From Arenicellales bacterium (GTDB lineage: Bacteria > Pseudomonadota > Gammaproteobacteria > Arenicellales > JAJDZL01): 64,000 bases of DNA. The DNA lies in the NCBI GenBank assembly GCA_965202855.1, contig CBDBBP010000004.1, positions 1,225,775 through 1,289,774 on the forward strand. The letters run 5' to 3'. The notes below the pieces were generated by a model. It saw only the letters and a program-made list of their open reading frames with translations, did not search any database and had not been told where the DNA came from. Both the position numbers and the translations under genes were made by a program. This document shows positions 1-11,097 of this stretch, piece by piece (positions within the stretch are counted from its first letter, which is position 1; each line of letters starts with the position of its first letter).

Positions 1-6
1 CTGGTT

Positions 7-1365
7 GTGGCTTGGCTCGTAATCGGAGCCATATTCTGTACCATCTATTTTAGATTGGTAAACTTTCGTGGATTTACCCAAGCGCTTCGGTTGGTACGTG
101 GAGATTATTCTGACCCGAATGATCACGGTGAAGTTTCACACTTTCAGGCCTTGGCAACGGCGCTTTCCGGAACAGTTGGAGTCGGCAATATCGGCGCGGT
201 GCCGGTGTTGATCGTTCTAGGTGGTCCTGGTGCAGTATTTTGGATGATCATGGCAGGATTGCTGGGCATGTCCAGTAAATTCTGCGAATGCACGCTGGGC
301 GTCAAATACCGCAATGAATATCCCGACGGGTCGGTTTCCGGCGGTCCGATGTACTCATTGAAAAAAGGCCTGGCGGAACTTGGAAAACCCACGCTCGGCA
401 AAATACTCGCAGTATTCTTTGCCATCACTGTAATCTTCGGATGCCTCGGTGGCGGAAACATGTTCCAGGCAAACCAAGCATACGTTCAATTCGTCAATGT
501 CACTGGCGGGGAAGATAGTTTTCTTGCAGACAAAGGCTGGCTATTCGGCCTTGTTTTCGCGGTTTTGGTTGGAATCGTAATTGTAGGAGGAATCAAAAGC
601 ATCGCAAAGGTTACGGAAAAAGTCGTACCATTTATGGCAGTGCTCTACCTGGTCGGCGCCTTGATCGTGCTGGCTGCGAATGCAGACCGCATACCTTTTG
701 CCATCAGCTCCATCTTCTCGCATGCGTTTAGCCCACAAGGTGTTACCGGTGGTGTTATCGGCGTATTGATTCTTGGATTCCAACGGGCAGCATTTTCGAA
801 CGAGGCGGGAATTGGCTCAGCCGCTATAGCGCACTCAGCCGTCAAAACAAAAGAACCCGTTACAGAAGGTCTGGTTTCATTGCTTGAACCGTTCGTTGAC
901 ACCGTCGTGATTTGTACCATTACAGCGCTTGTTATTCTTACGACTGTATATGGTGATCCATCAGTGGCGCACCTGTCTGGCGTAGGCTTAACTTCCGAAG
1001 CAATGATGAGAACAGTGTCTTGGTTCCCGACTCCGCTCGCACTTGCTGTAGTGCTGTTTGCATTTTCGACCATGATTTCCTGGTCGTACTACGGCCTGAA
1101 GGGGTGGACGTACTGTTTCGGTGAGTCCAAAGCATCCGACCTTAGTTTCAAGTTCATTTTTTGCGTATTCGTAATCATTGGATGTTCCATTCCATTGACA
1201 TCGGTTCTAGATTTTTCTGATGCCATGATTTTTGCGATGGCTATCCCGAATATTATGGGAATTTACTTTCTAGCACCCATCGTAAAGAAAGAGATGGATT
1301 CCTATTTTGCACGTGTAAAATCGGGCGAAATAGTCAATTACCGCGAACAAAATAAAGGAGCGTAA
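7..1365 (+). CDS. Alanine/glycine:cation symporter (AGCS family), probably N-terminally cut by the window edge
   Basis: Motifs [49 protein letters not shown]; many TM helices. Confidence 0.93.
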   Translation: MAWLVIGAIFCTIYFRLVNFRGFTQALRLVRGDYSDPNDHGEVSHFQALATALSGTVGVGNIGAVPVLIVLGGPGAVFWMIMAGLLGMSSKFCECTLGVKYRNEYPDGSVSGGPMYSLKKGLAELGKPTLGKILAVFFAITVIFGCLGGGNMFQANQAYVQFVNVTGGEDSFLADKGWLFGLVFAVLVGIVIVGGIKSIAKVTEKVVPFMAVLYLVGALIVLAANADRIPFAISSIFSHAFSPQGVTGGVIGVLILGFQRAAFSNEAGIGSAAIAHSAVKTKEPVTEGLVSLLEPFVDTVVICTITALVILTTVYGDPSVAHLSGVGLTSEAMMRTVSWFPTPLALAVVLFAFSTMISWSYYGLKGWTYCFGESKASDLSFKFIFCVFVIIGCSIPLTSVLDFSDAMIFAMAIPNIMGIYFLAPIVKKEMDSYFARVKSGEIVNYREQNKGA

Positions 1366-1397
1366 TTAAGTCCCATCAAGTCAACCTGTCTTGAAAG

Positions 1398-1445
1398 AAG
1401 CAGGTCCCTGGTTCGTGGTTGAATCCACGAATCAAGGGCCTGTTT
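1398..1445. terminator. Hairpin / probable bidirectional terminator between convergent genes
   Basis: aagcaggtccctggttcgtgg pairs with ccacgaatcaagggcctgttt (21-bp stem with G-U pairs and one mismatch). Confidence 0.6.
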
Positions 1446-1564
1446 CAGTTTGAGAATTCTATTCGCATTCTCAGGTGGTGACCCTGACTGGAAACTGCGA
1501 ACGAGTCACGACTCAGCTCGGACGTGAATTCGCAATTTCGAAACTGTAAAACGGAATTGTGACT

Positions 1565-2464
1565 TTATTGTGAGGCAGGCTTGAATTCTGTCGAATCGAG
1601 AAGTGCGTCGATTTTGTCCAGAGATTCACGATCAGCCAATCCTTTCTCACGCGAAATTGGAACTGTCGCTTTCGCCAGTTGACGATAAAGTTCAAGAATT
1701 TCTGGGGAGTTTGCTTTGAGTGCTCTGAGATGCCCTTCAATCACGTTGACATCCCCTCGGGAAATGGGTCCCGTCAACGATTCCACGGTCCCTTCTTGAA
1801 ATAGACTGTTGACTATGGAAGCAATCCCAGGCTGAAGAATTTTCAGCGAACGCTTGCGGTCCAATCCGACACGTGTAAAAAGGTCGAGTCCTGTATGCAC
1901 AACAGTGTTTACATAATTCGAAACGAATACCGCGGCCGCGTGGTATTCAGCTTTTGCGACATCACCCAGATCGAAAGGATTTGATCCAATTTTCTTGAAT
2001 GCTTCATGCAAACAGGTTCGAGCATCCGGATGTCCTTCCAGGGAACAGTACGAACCTGGAACCGCTTGGAGAGCATGTTCAGGGTCGGAGAAAGTAACCA
2101 TTGGATGAACACTCGCGATCAACGCGCCTTGCTCAGCCAGTGAATCCAAAACCCGATAAGACAGAGAGCCACTGGCGTGAAATACGATTTTGGCAGCGTA
2201 ATTTTCAGTGCGCGCCAGATCTTTTGCAATCGATTCCACACTTGAATCAGAAGCAGAAATAAATACAACGTCAACTTCCCGTAAATCCGACATATTATCA
2301 AGAGGTGTTCCCGCGCCTATAAAATTCACGGCTTGTTCCGAACTTTCCATCGAGCGGTTTAAAATGTGAGTAATTTGAAATACCTGTTGCTCATGGAACA
2401 AACGCGTAATTGCCTTCCCAAGTCGGCCGCAACCGATCACTGATAACGTAGGAATTGAATTCAT
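1565..2464 (-). CDS. Rossmann-like + DUF2520 domain oxidoreductase (PanG-like family)
   Basis: GCGRLG dinucleotide motif, FHASGS, SVHPMVTF, YHAAAVFVSN, LTGPISRGD. Confidence 0.88.
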   Translation of the reverse strand: MNSIPTLSVIGCGRLGKAITRLFHEQQVFQITHILNRSMESSEQAVNFIGAGTPLDNMSDLREVDVVFISASDSSVESIAKDLARTENYAAKIVFHASGSLSYRVLDSLAEQGALIASVHPMVTFSDPEHALQAVPGSYCSLEGHPDARTCLHEAFKKIGSNPFDLGDVAKAEYHAAAVFVSNYVNTVVHTGLDLFTRVGLDRKRSLKILQPGIASIVNSLFQEGTVESLTGPISRGDVNVIEGHLRALKANSPEILELYRQLAKATVPISREKGLADRESLDKIDALLDSTEFKPASQ

Positions 2465-2523
2465 GATGAATTTCGATTTCGGTTAACTCATGAAAAACAA
2501 TTTATTAAATCAAAAATAATCCT

Positions 2524-3537
2524 TTATTCCTGCAGCAAATCATCTACCGCTGTGCGTAGAAATCGATTGATTTCCGGAAGAAGTCCGGGATTCGCCGCAC
2601 AGTGTCCAAATTCAGATTCAATGATTCTTAATTCTGCGTTCGGCATGTGCGAAACTTCGAAAGCGTTATCATGAGGTGGAAAATATAGATCTGTTGAGCA
2701 AGGAGCGACAATCGCTCGAGCACAAATTGAATTTAAAGCATGGACAAAGTTGCCTTCGTATAAATGGTTCGAACTAATGTCACCGTGCTGCCAAGTCCTC
2801 AGCATCGCCAACAGATCATTCGCGTCCCATTTGAGATGATCACTTTCCCAGAAAGAAAATAAATCCTGTATCGAATTAAATCCGATTCTTTTGTAGAGTG
2901 CGTCCCGGAAAAAAGACTGTGAATAGGCCCAACCTGCATAAACTCGAGCAAACGCCTTCAGACCGGTAACAGGCTGTCGTTCATACTCGCCTCCGTTCCA
3001 GTCACAATCCGCGGTCAAAGCGGCCTTCACTCCTTCAAGAAACACGTAATTATGCGGTGAAGTTTTGGCTGAACCGCAGTACGGAAGAATTGCCTGAACC
3101 TGTTCAGAATATTGCGCCGCCCACTGATAAGTCTGCATTGCTCCCATTGACCAACCGATTACAAGTCGAATTTGCTCAATCCCCCAAAGTTCCTGCAGCA
3201 TTAATTGTTGAAGCCGGACATTATCAAATAACGTGACGAGAGGAAACTGAGCTCCTTTCAGATTGCCGCCTGTGTTGCTGGGCGACGAAGAAATTCCATT
3301 TCCCAACATGTTTGGCACGATTACAAAAAACCGATCGCTGTCAAGCACACGATCTCTGCCAATGACGCGGGCGTTGCTTTTGTGCGTGCCGGTGTAGTAG
3401 GTCGGCATGAGAATAACGTTGCTCTTCGCCGCATTGAGCTGACCGTGTGTCTGGTAGGCAAGTTGGATTTTCGGGAAAATTTCCCCCGATTGCAGTTCAA
3501 ACTGGTTTTGTTCGTAAATTTTGCAGTCTTTCGCCAT
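2524..3537 (-). CDS. Alpha/beta hydrolase, homoserine O-acetyltransferase (MetX)-like family
   Basis: LAYQTHGQLNAAKSNVIL, NMLGNGISSSPSN, nucleophile GWSMG, Asp in STDLYFP, His in FGHCA. Confidence 0.85.
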   Translation of the reverse strand: MAKDCKIYEQNQFELQSGEIFPKIQLAYQTHGQLNAAKSNVILMPTYYTGTHKSNARVIGRDRVLDSDRFFVIVPNMLGNGISSSPSNTGGNLKGAQFPLVTLFDNVRLQQLMLQELWGIEQIRLVIGWSMGAMQTYQWAAQYSEQVQAILPYCGSAKTSPHNYVFLEGVKAALTADCDWNGGEYERQPVTGLKAFARVYAGWAYSQSFFRDALYKRIGFNSIQDLFSFWESDHLKWDANDLLAMLRTWQHGDISSNHLYEGNFVHALNSICARAIVAPCSTDLYFPPHDNAFEVSHMPNAELRIIESEFGHCAANPGLLPEINRFLRTAVDDLLQE

Positions 3538-3544
3538 GCAAACT

Positions 3545-4897
3545 TCAAAAAAACTTCAGGTATCGAGCAATTTCCCAATCAGAAACGTGATTGTGGTATT
3601 CCTCCCATTCACGACGTTTGAAATCAATGTAGGTTTGAAACATCAAATCACCCATCACCTGTTTGCTCAACGTGTCTTTTTCAAATTCATCGATTGCTTG
3701 TTCGAGGGTGCGTGGGAGGTATGAGACACCCAGCTGTTTCAGCTCCTCTTCTGACTTGAGGTACATATTGTCTGTATGAGGTAATCCAGGATCGAGTTTT
3801 TCTCTGATTCCTTCCAATCCGGCTGCGAGAACCATTGCTCCACCTAGGTACGGATTGCTCGAAATATCGGCAGCTCGAAGCTCAACGCGACCGCCTCCCA
3901 ACGGAACACGCAGTGCATTGGTGCGATTATTGTTTCCGAAACAGGCAAACACGGGCGCCCACGTAAACCCTGACATGCTTCCTTCTTTAACCAGTCGTTT
4001 GTAGCTATTGACTGTGGGCGAGACAACCGCACAAAGCCCGGGCAAGTGTTTCAAAATTCCACCCATAAAGTAATAGCCGATCTCTGACAGCCCGCAACCC
4101 CGAGGATCATTATCGGATTCGAACAGGTTCTTTCCACTGCCTGGATCAGCGAGTGACATGTTGTAGTGAGCGCCACTGCCCGCCCGATCAGCAAATGGTT
4201 TCGGCATAAATGAGGCAAAATAACCCCTTTGATCTGCAACTTCCTGCACAAGCAATCGGAAAAATACAAATCGATCCGCCATTGTGAGGCCATCGAAATA
4301 CCTAAAATCGATTTCAAACTGTCCATTCCCGTCTTCGTGATCGAAGGAATAAACGTCATAGCCCAATTCATTGAGTTTCTTTACGATCTCTTGCAGCAGG
4401 TGAAAGTTGTCCAGGGTTGAACGCACGTCATAGGCTGGTTTTGCCAAGTTGTCGTGAGCGCCCATTGGACCGAACTCTGAATTTCCTGTGCTTTTCAACA
4501 AAAAGAATTCTGGTTCGATTCCAAAATTGAACTGATACCCCATTTCACTCGCCTGCGCCAATACCTTCTTGAAAATTGTCCGCGAACAGGCCTCAAAAGG
4601 CACTCCTTCACAGAAAAGATCGCTGGCAAACCAAGCAACATCCGGCTGCCACGGCAGAATCAGGACGGACTTTGGATCTGGATGAGGTGAAACTTCTTCG
4701 TCGCTCACGTCCTGCGGGACCCCATCCAGCGCTGCACCTGTACAAAGTTCCGATCCTTGCATCATTCGATCTAAATGGGAAATTGGAACAAATTTTGACT
4801 TTGAGACGCCGTGAATATCGACGTAACTTGCAAGCACATATTTGACGTGTTTTGCTTGTAATTCCCGTGACAGTTCTTCGAAATTTCTTTGATTCAT
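3545..4897 (-). CDS. glnT: Type III glutamate-ammonia ligase / gamma-glutamyl-amine synthetase (GlnT-like)
   Basis: GS motifs GIEPEFF, DHEDGNGQFE, FMPKPF, GSGAHYNMS, NSYKRL, NNRTNALRVP, ELRAAD. Confidence 0.85.
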   Translation of the reverse strand: MNQRNFEELSRELQAKHVKYVLASYVDIHGVSKSKFVPISHLDRMMQGSELCTGAALDGVPQDVSDEEVSPHPDPKSVLILPWQPDVAWFASDLFCEGVPFEACSRTIFKKVLAQASEMGYQFNFGIEPEFFLLKSTGNSEFGPMGAHDNLAKPAYDVRSTLDNFHLLQEIVKKLNELGYDVYSFDHEDGNGQFEIDFRYFDGLTMADRFVFFRLLVQEVADQRGYFASFMPKPFADRAGSGAHYNMSLADPGSGKNLFESDNDPRGCGLSEIGYYFMGGILKHLPGLCAVVSPTVNSYKRLVKEGSMSGFTWAPVFACFGNNNRTNALRVPLGGGRVELRAADISSNPYLGGAMVLAAGLEGIREKLDPGLPHTDNMYLKSEEELKQLGVSYLPRTLEQAIDEFEKDTLSKQVMGDLMFQTYIDFKRREWEEYHNHVSDWEIARYLKFF

Positions 4898-5585
4898 AGT
4901 AGAAAAACAATTCTTAGCAATAGTCGGCTAACGAAATGACCGCTACTTGGATTTTTGGATAATGTTGATATTCTACATGTACATTCGAATTTTTGATTCA
5001 GTTCGACTTGATGACTATTTTAAAAATGTTGTAGTTCGAAGCTGTCATTTTGGATTTGAATATTACCTTTTCAGCTCCGTTGAAGTGGAAGATACCGAAA
5101 TGAGCGGATAAAACAGGTAATAATTACCGGACTGAGTGGTTCTAACAGGGCACAATTGAGATGAGAAATTCTGCTGTTCAGGGCGTGAATGACAGCGATT
5201 TCAAATCAACTAAAGGAAGTATAGACCTAAGTAACGCACCAACACTAATTACTCAAAATTTGAATTTTACAATTTTGATTCGCCGCTATTTTTACTATTG
5301 CCTCCCGAGCACTGCTGTTGGCAAAGTTCAATATTGCTTAATTACCCCGCATTGATGAAATATAATTTTTATAGTCAAATCAGTCGATTCGACATATTTT
5401 TCAAAAATATCAATTATCGTGGTCTGGTCCGTTGGTCGGTGTGAAATTACAAAAAATTAACATCGAAAAAAAATCAATTCCGCCATTCAAGCAGGGTGAT
5501 CATGCCGTACGATCAGTGTTTTCTCTGTAATGCTTGAACCCTGTGCCACTGCTTCCAGCGTGAACTGCTCAATACAGTCGGTGAA

Positions 5586-8500
5586 ATGAACAGCAAGCTT
5601 GCCCCCAGCGAAACAATCCCCTTAAATCAACAGCGTTCGCAATTTCCTGTTGCTATCGTAGGGTATAGCTACCGCATGCCCGGCGGCATCCGTTCGGACG
5701 ACGATTTTTGGCATTTACTAAGTAAGCGCGAGATTGTCCAGGAGCATGTGACTGACCGCTACGGGAGAGGTGTGCGACCAATCGCCGGATTTTCCGGTGG
5801 CAGCCGGTTGGCCAGCCCATACGAGGGGCTAATCCGTAACGACGAAGGGACTCTCTTCGACCGAACGCTTTTCGGAGTTTCGCACAATGAGATGCTGCGA
5901 TTTGAACCTCAGACACGGATGTTGCTGACTTGCTCTTGGGAAGTTCTGGAGCAAGTTGGTTGGGATTTATTTTCACTACGCAACAGCTCGACCGGTGTCT
6001 TTATCGGAGCACAGGTTCCAGCAGTGGGAAACTGGAGGGCCGTTCTCGGGGCGAATGAGTATCTTGTTCCGAACGCAAGTCTGGCTATGCTGGCTAACCG
6101 GATATCCTATCACTTTAACCTGACTGGATCTTCAATGACCTACTGCTCTGCGTGCTCAGCAGGCCTTAGTGCTTTGCATTCCGCTATCAATGCCCTACAG
6201 TCAGGGGATTGTGATAAAGCTCTCGTCGGGTCGGCCAATTTTTTGGGGTCTGCCAGGATTAGCAGTTCTTTCAATGAACTCGGTGTTATCAGTAAAGATG
6301 GAAAGTGCCACTCTTTTGACGTAAACGCTAACGGATACATGCGCTCGGAAGGCACGTTCGTCTTTGCCATCAAGACATTGCAAGATGCCGAAAAGGACGG
6401 AGACTTCATCCATGCTGTTGTGGAATCAACCTCAGTCAACACTGCGGGCGCTGCGGATGACCATCACGGTCTTGCACCGGGGCGCGTGATCACCACACCG
6501 ACACGTCACTCGCAGATTGATCTGATTCGCACGGCCTGGGCTCGTGCGGGTCTCTCCTCGGATTATGCCGACTACATCGAAGCTCATGCGACCGGCACCG
6601 TGGTCGGCGACCGAATCGAAGGGAACGCGATCGCGGAGGCATTTAGCGGAGTTCAAAGAGAAGTCCCACTGCGGGTTTCAAGCGTCAAAAGCAATGTCGG
6701 ACATATGGAAGCGGCAGCATTTCACTGCTCTCTGCTCAAAGTTATCCTGATGATGCAGCATCGAATGTATGCACCGATTTCCAAAAATTTTGCAGTGCCG
6801 AATCCAGAAATTGACTTCGAGAGCTGCCCTATGCAGGTACAGACATTCTGCGAACCCTTCCCGCAACGTCCCGTCATCATCGGTATCAACTCATTTGGAT
6901 TCGGAGGTGCTAACGGACATTGTGTGGTTCGGGAATATCGACCGGCCCAGCCGCGGTTCTGGTCGGTGCCGATAGCTCCAGAGGCAGGTTTCATGATTCC
7001 CCTTTCTTCGCGTAATTCTGCTGCTCTGTCCCAAAGCGCACAGCTGCTGCAGGAAACCATACGAAAACAGGAATTTGACTTGTACACGCTCGCCGGCAAT
7101 CTCAGCCGTCGTCGTACTCACTTCGCCGTGCGAACGTCCTTTGCCGTGCGTAACTTGGTTGATCTGGAAGAAGCACTAGGTGCTTTCATGAACCTGTCTG
7201 AGCCGGTCAATACTGTGGACGACGGCATCAAAAGAGTAGCGTTTGTATTTTCTGGCCAAGGAACACAGTGGGCGGGTTGTGGCCGGGCTCTTTACGATAC
7301 CAACCCTGTCTTTCGCCGCGTAGTCAACGCCATTGACGAACACTGGTGCGAGCACTCGGATTTTTCTCTGAGAAACGCCTGCTTCACCGCTGAACAGGAT
7401 GAACTCAACGAAGTCCAACTGGCCCAACCAGCAATTTTTATGATTCAATGCGCACTGACAGAGTTACTCAAAACTTGGGGTGTATTTCCCGACTGCGTGT
7501 TTGGACATAGCTCAGGCGAAGTTGCTGCTGCATATGCTTGTGGAGCACTGTCGCTGAAGGAAGCGATTCGACTGGTTTTTCATCGTGCCACTCTGCAGCA
7601 GAGAGCTGCAGGCTCGGGACGAATGTTGGCAATTGGCAGCGATCGCATAGGCGTTGAGAATTTGCTGGATGAGCTCGGAATTTCCTTTCAAAACCACGGT
7701 AGCCAGCATGTTCGAGTTGAGCTGGCCTGTGAAAATGCGCCGGCCAGCATCGTAATTTGCGGCAAGGAAGATGCACTGACACCCGTCGTGGAAGAACTAA
7801 ACCGACGGAACCTGCAGAACCGGCTGCTGCCGGGAAACATCGCGTTCCATTCAAGCGCTATGAATTCGATCTTGGACGACGCGCTTGAAAACTTGGCTTT
7901 TCTTGACGAATGCACTTTTGACTTGGACGCGCCGTTCGTTTCATCGGTCACTGGAACGCCGACTGAACGGCTGGATAGCTCCTACTGGTGGTCGAACATC
8001 CGCCAGACCGTTCAGTTTGAAATGGCGATGAAAACCGTCCGACAGGAGTTTCAACCGGACGTGTATCTTGAAATAGCACCTCACTGCGCTCTGCAGTCCA
8101 CTATTGCTCAATGCCTGGAGTCTGATGCTTCGAAAACCGTCTGTATTCCAACATTAATGAAGAACAGTGATGTTTGTCTTAGCTTCCAAGAGGCTTTAGG
8201 CGCATTGTTCAGAGCTGGAGTGGAGCTGGATTTTGCGGCAAATTACCCGCGCCCGGAACCGATCGCCCATCTGTTGCCCGGTCACCCAAGAGATGAGAGT
8301 AAATTAGTAGATACAACGCAGGACGATGAATTTTTCAATGAAGGAAGGCAGTATTTCAATGGGCCAATGGTAGGACATCGGGTTCCCAGCAGCCACATCC
8401 TGTTGGAAGCGCGCCTCTCGGAAAAAGATTTTCCTTGGCTGCTAGATCACCGGGTGCACCACGCCTCGATCATTCCGACAGCTGGCTATATTGAACTGAT

Positions 8501-9257
8501 TCTTCAAGCGCTTGAGGGCGTGCCGCTTCACTTTGAGGTATTGGAATGCCTTCAGCCTTGCTCAATACCGAAAGTGCCGATACGGCTGCAGACGGCCCTG
8601 TTTCCAGCTGCATTTTCCACCGAAGAATTCACATTCGAAATTTCATCTCGATCTTACGAGCCTGACAGCAGCAACGAGATGCATTCCCGAGGCAAAGTAC
8701 GCCGGCTGAGCGACGACTTTCGCTTAGATGTCCCTAGTCGTCTTGCCGAATTCGATCAGACAGGATTCGAGCCCGTGGTCCCGCCAGGTCAGAGCGATGA
8801 ACACTACGAAAAACTGGAAGTTTATCTCGAGCATACCTTCCAATACGGTCCCTTTTTCAGAACCATAAAATCCGTCGAAGAGTCTCGGTCGTTCAATCAG
8901 AAAACATACCGCTGTGATATCGAGATGGACGAAAAACTATGGTACGAAGGACGCGAGGAGGGTTACGTCGTACCTCCTCCCTTGTTGGATGGCGGTCTTC
9001 AGATATTTCTGTTGAACCTGATGCATAAGTCAGATCTTTTTGTCATGCCATTCAGGGTCCAAAACATGACGTTCTTTCGTGCTCCCACATCACCGCGGCT
9101 TACCTGTTTCGTCACGGAACCGACGGAAAAGTGGTTTGATTTGAGCGAGCTTGGTCAGATGACAGTACGAGATGGTGAAGGACTGAGTGGAGGAATCAGT
9201 TTCTACGACAAAGAACGGGAATATCGCCTGCAGAGCTCGCGAGCGCGTCCATTTTAA
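5586..9257 (+). CDS. Type I PKS/FAS with KS-AT-DH domains, C-terminally truncated (SwfA-like)
   Basis: KS triad SACSAG / EAHATGT / KSNVGH; AT FSGQGTQW, QCALTEL, GHSSGE, AFHS; DH HRVHHASIIP and LDGGLQ; no KR or ACP before the stop. Confidence 0.88.
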   Translation: MNSKLAPSETIPLNQQRSQFPVAIVGYSYRMPGGIRSDDDFWHLLSKREIVQEHVTDRYGRGVRPIAGFSGGSRLASPYEGLIRNDEGTLFDRTLFGVSHNEMLRFEPQTRMLLTCSWEVLEQVGWDLFSLRNSSTGVFIGAQVPAVGNWRAVLGANEYLVPNASLAMLANRISYHFNLTGSSMTYCSACSAGLSALHSAINALQSGDCDKALVGSANFLGSARISSSFNELGVISKDGKCHSFDVNANGYMRSEGTFVFAIKTLQDAEKDGDFIHAVVESTSVNTAGAADDHHGLAPGRVITTPTRHSQIDLIRTAWARAGLSSDYADYIEAHATGTVVGDRIEGNAIAEAFSGVQREVPLRVSSVKSNVGHMEAAAFHCSLLKVILMMQHRMYAPISKNFAVPNPEIDFESCPMQVQTFCEPFPQRPVIIGINSFGFGGANGHCVVREYRPAQPRFWSVPIAPEAGFMIPLSSRNSAALSQSAQLLQETIRKQEFDLYTLAGNLSRRRTHFAVRTSFAVRNLVDLEEALGAFMNLSEPVNTVDDGIKRVAFVFSGQGTQWAGCGRALYDTNPVFRRVVNAIDEHWCEHSDFSLRNACFTAEQDELNEVQLAQPAIFMIQCALTELLKTWGVFPDCVFGHSSGEVAAAYACGALSLKEAIRLVFHRATLQQRAAGSGRMLAIGSDRIGVENLLDELGISFQNHGSQHVRVELACENAPASIVICGKEDALTPVVEELNRRNLQNRLLPGNIAFHSSAMNSILDDALENLAFLDECTFDLDAPFVSSVTGTPTERLDSSYWWSNIRQTVQFEMAMKTVRQEFQPDVYLEIAPHCALQSTIAQCLESDASKTVCIPTLMKNSDVCLSFQEALGALFRAGVELDFAANYPRPEPIAHLLPGHPRDESKLVDTTQDDEFFNEGRQYFNGPMVGHRVPSSHILLEARLSEKDFPWLLDHRVHHASIIPTAGYIELILQALEGVPLHFEVLECLQPCSIPKVPIRLQTALFPAAFSTEEFTFEISSRSYEPDSSNEMHSRGKVRRLSDDFRLDVPSRLAEFDQTGFEPVVPPGQSDEHYEKLEVYLEHTFQYGPFFRTIKSVEESRSFNQKTYRCDIEMDEKLWYEGREEGYVVPPPLLDGGLQIFLLNLMHKSDLFVMPFRVQNMTFFRAPTSPRLTCFVTEPTEKWFDLSELGQMTVRDGEGLSGGISFYDKEREYRLQSSRARPF

Positions 9258-9298
9258 ATTGTCCAAAGTTAGTCATTTGACTCGACAAGATCTATTAT

Positions 9299-9747
9299 TA
9301 TGCCTCTGCACAAATTTCGGTCTGTGGAACAATTGGAATACAATTAAATTAATAAATACAATCGGATAAATAATATTTATGCAACAAACACCCTACTCCT
9401 ACCTTGCCTGATGTGAGCACTTTTCCACCCTGCAGACCTACCTTGAAGAACTCAAACGTAATCGCTGCATCTCAGCACCACGGTACGCAGCGATGCCCAT
9501 CCTTCCTTGAACATTTTGAGCCAGCATTGTTAACAGCAGGCGAAAGTGACGCCATCAGAGCAAGTGCCACAGTGTCTGCCGAAAGTGCACATCGTGATCG
9601 CCAATCTCAAACGCTTTCTGCTCTGCGGATCTTTCATGGGGTCAGTCGCTTGTAACTGCAAGAATATGTTGATGAATTTGTGTATCGTTTCAATCGCCGC
9701 CGTCAATCATGACAGACCGTTCTAACGGAAACTTGTGCAGAGATATA
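9299..9747 (+). mobile_element. IS1595-family (ISXO2-like) degenerate element
   Basis: Left IR tatgcctctgcacaaatttc (9299), right IR gaaacttgtgcagagatata (9728); broken transposase VRSDAH..LPKVHIVIANLKRFLL..HGVS..LQEYVDEFVYRFNRRR. Confidence 0.8.
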
Positions 9748-9914
9748 TTATTTATCGCCCGTTCTTAACAGACATGAACCTACATCTATCATGTAAACGG
9801 ACAGATGTGTTAATTAATAGAATAAAAATGTTATACAGTTTTTGCCAAAATATCAATACATATATTTGCATTCTGTGTGGAATTGATATGTACAGTTTTT
9901 TGAGTAGAGACTCG

Positions 9915-10360
9915 TTAACCGACCCTGAAAAAATCGATTTTCTGTCAATCTTCAAAGGGATGAAAGTCAGGTCAAGGTAAGTCATCGGAAATCAAAACGG
10001 CTTTATGCTGCGCTCAACACACAAATGCTGCATTTCACGTCCGACGGTGTCCGTTTCCGGTGAAATACTAAGCGACAAAAATTTTTGTCACAACAATCTC
10101 TCATACGTTTCAGCTCCAGTCACAGACTGTGTCCGGCACAGCTCGGCAGCAAATTCATGCTGTCGCCGCTACGACCCTTGAGATGGCTGCGTCCCAGCCA
10201 GCGGTAGTTCTTCAGATGAGCCATGATCGGCTCAATCGCCTGGTCGAGTCGTAATACTTCGCTTTTACATCAAACTCGTAGTGCTTGTGAGCTTTGCCCT
10301 TGCTGACAAACTCCACTTCCGGCGCATGCAGGCTACAGAGCTTGTCGGAACTGTTTTTTT
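9915..10360 (-). mobile_element. IS5-family transposase remnant
   Basis: Minus-strand fragments SDKLCSLHAPEVEFVSKGKAHKHYEF and QAIEPIMAHLK..LGRSHLKG; end-like tttttcagggtcggttaa. Confidence 0.7.
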
Positions 10361-10384
10361 CTGTACCGCATCCTTTTGCCCAAA

Positions 10385-10538
10385 TTCAGTGGTCAGTTGC
10401 TTGCATCTGCAAGAATATGTTGCGTTTCAATCACCTCCAATGGCACAGCCAACTGCTGCAGCGTTTGTTGAACGACGCCGTCAATCAAGACAGAGCCGTA
10501 TTTTAAACCGTTCTAGCGGAAACTTGTGCAGAGGCATA
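10385..10538 (+). mobile_element. Second IS1595 3' remnant with right IR
   Basis: Shares ctgcaagaatatgttg and cgccgtcaatca with the 9.6-kb copy; ends gaaacttgtgcagaggcata (1 mismatch to reverse complement of the 9299 IR). Confidence 0.7.
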
Positions 10539-11097
10539 TATTTTTTTGTTGATCTACTGAAATTAAATTTCAGTCTTTGCGGAACTGAGTCGATGGCACT
10601 TTGAGTTCTTGTTGAATCCCTATGACCAGAACAACTCAGGCCGAATTTTTCCGTTCATGAAATTTGCAGCAATAAAGAAACTGCTTTTGCATTGCCTTGA
10701 ACAGCGTAGATGTTCGGTCACATCCTAGTGAATATGGTTCACGTGGTTACGATAACAGAGTAGATTTGGCACTCTCTCTCAATTGGATGCGTGCTATTTA
10801 ACTCAAAAGTTGGTTGGTTCTGCATCTGTTTCGGTTCAGTTCCTGCTCTGCCTGCTTATCAAATTTATGCTCCAGCATACACTATCGAACCGCTAAGGTT
10901 TTGGCTTGTGTCTTGCGTTCTACGAATGTGTATCGGCAGTTCAACTGGTTCCGGCAACCGTCTACCAAGGTAAATCAGATACCATTTGCCATTTCCAGTT
11001 AACGTGGCACTGATAAATTTGTCGCGCGTTGAGTCGTTGTCAGACCAGACGCTTAAAAATTCGAAAGGCTGAAGATGGAGTTCGGTAACGAATTAGA

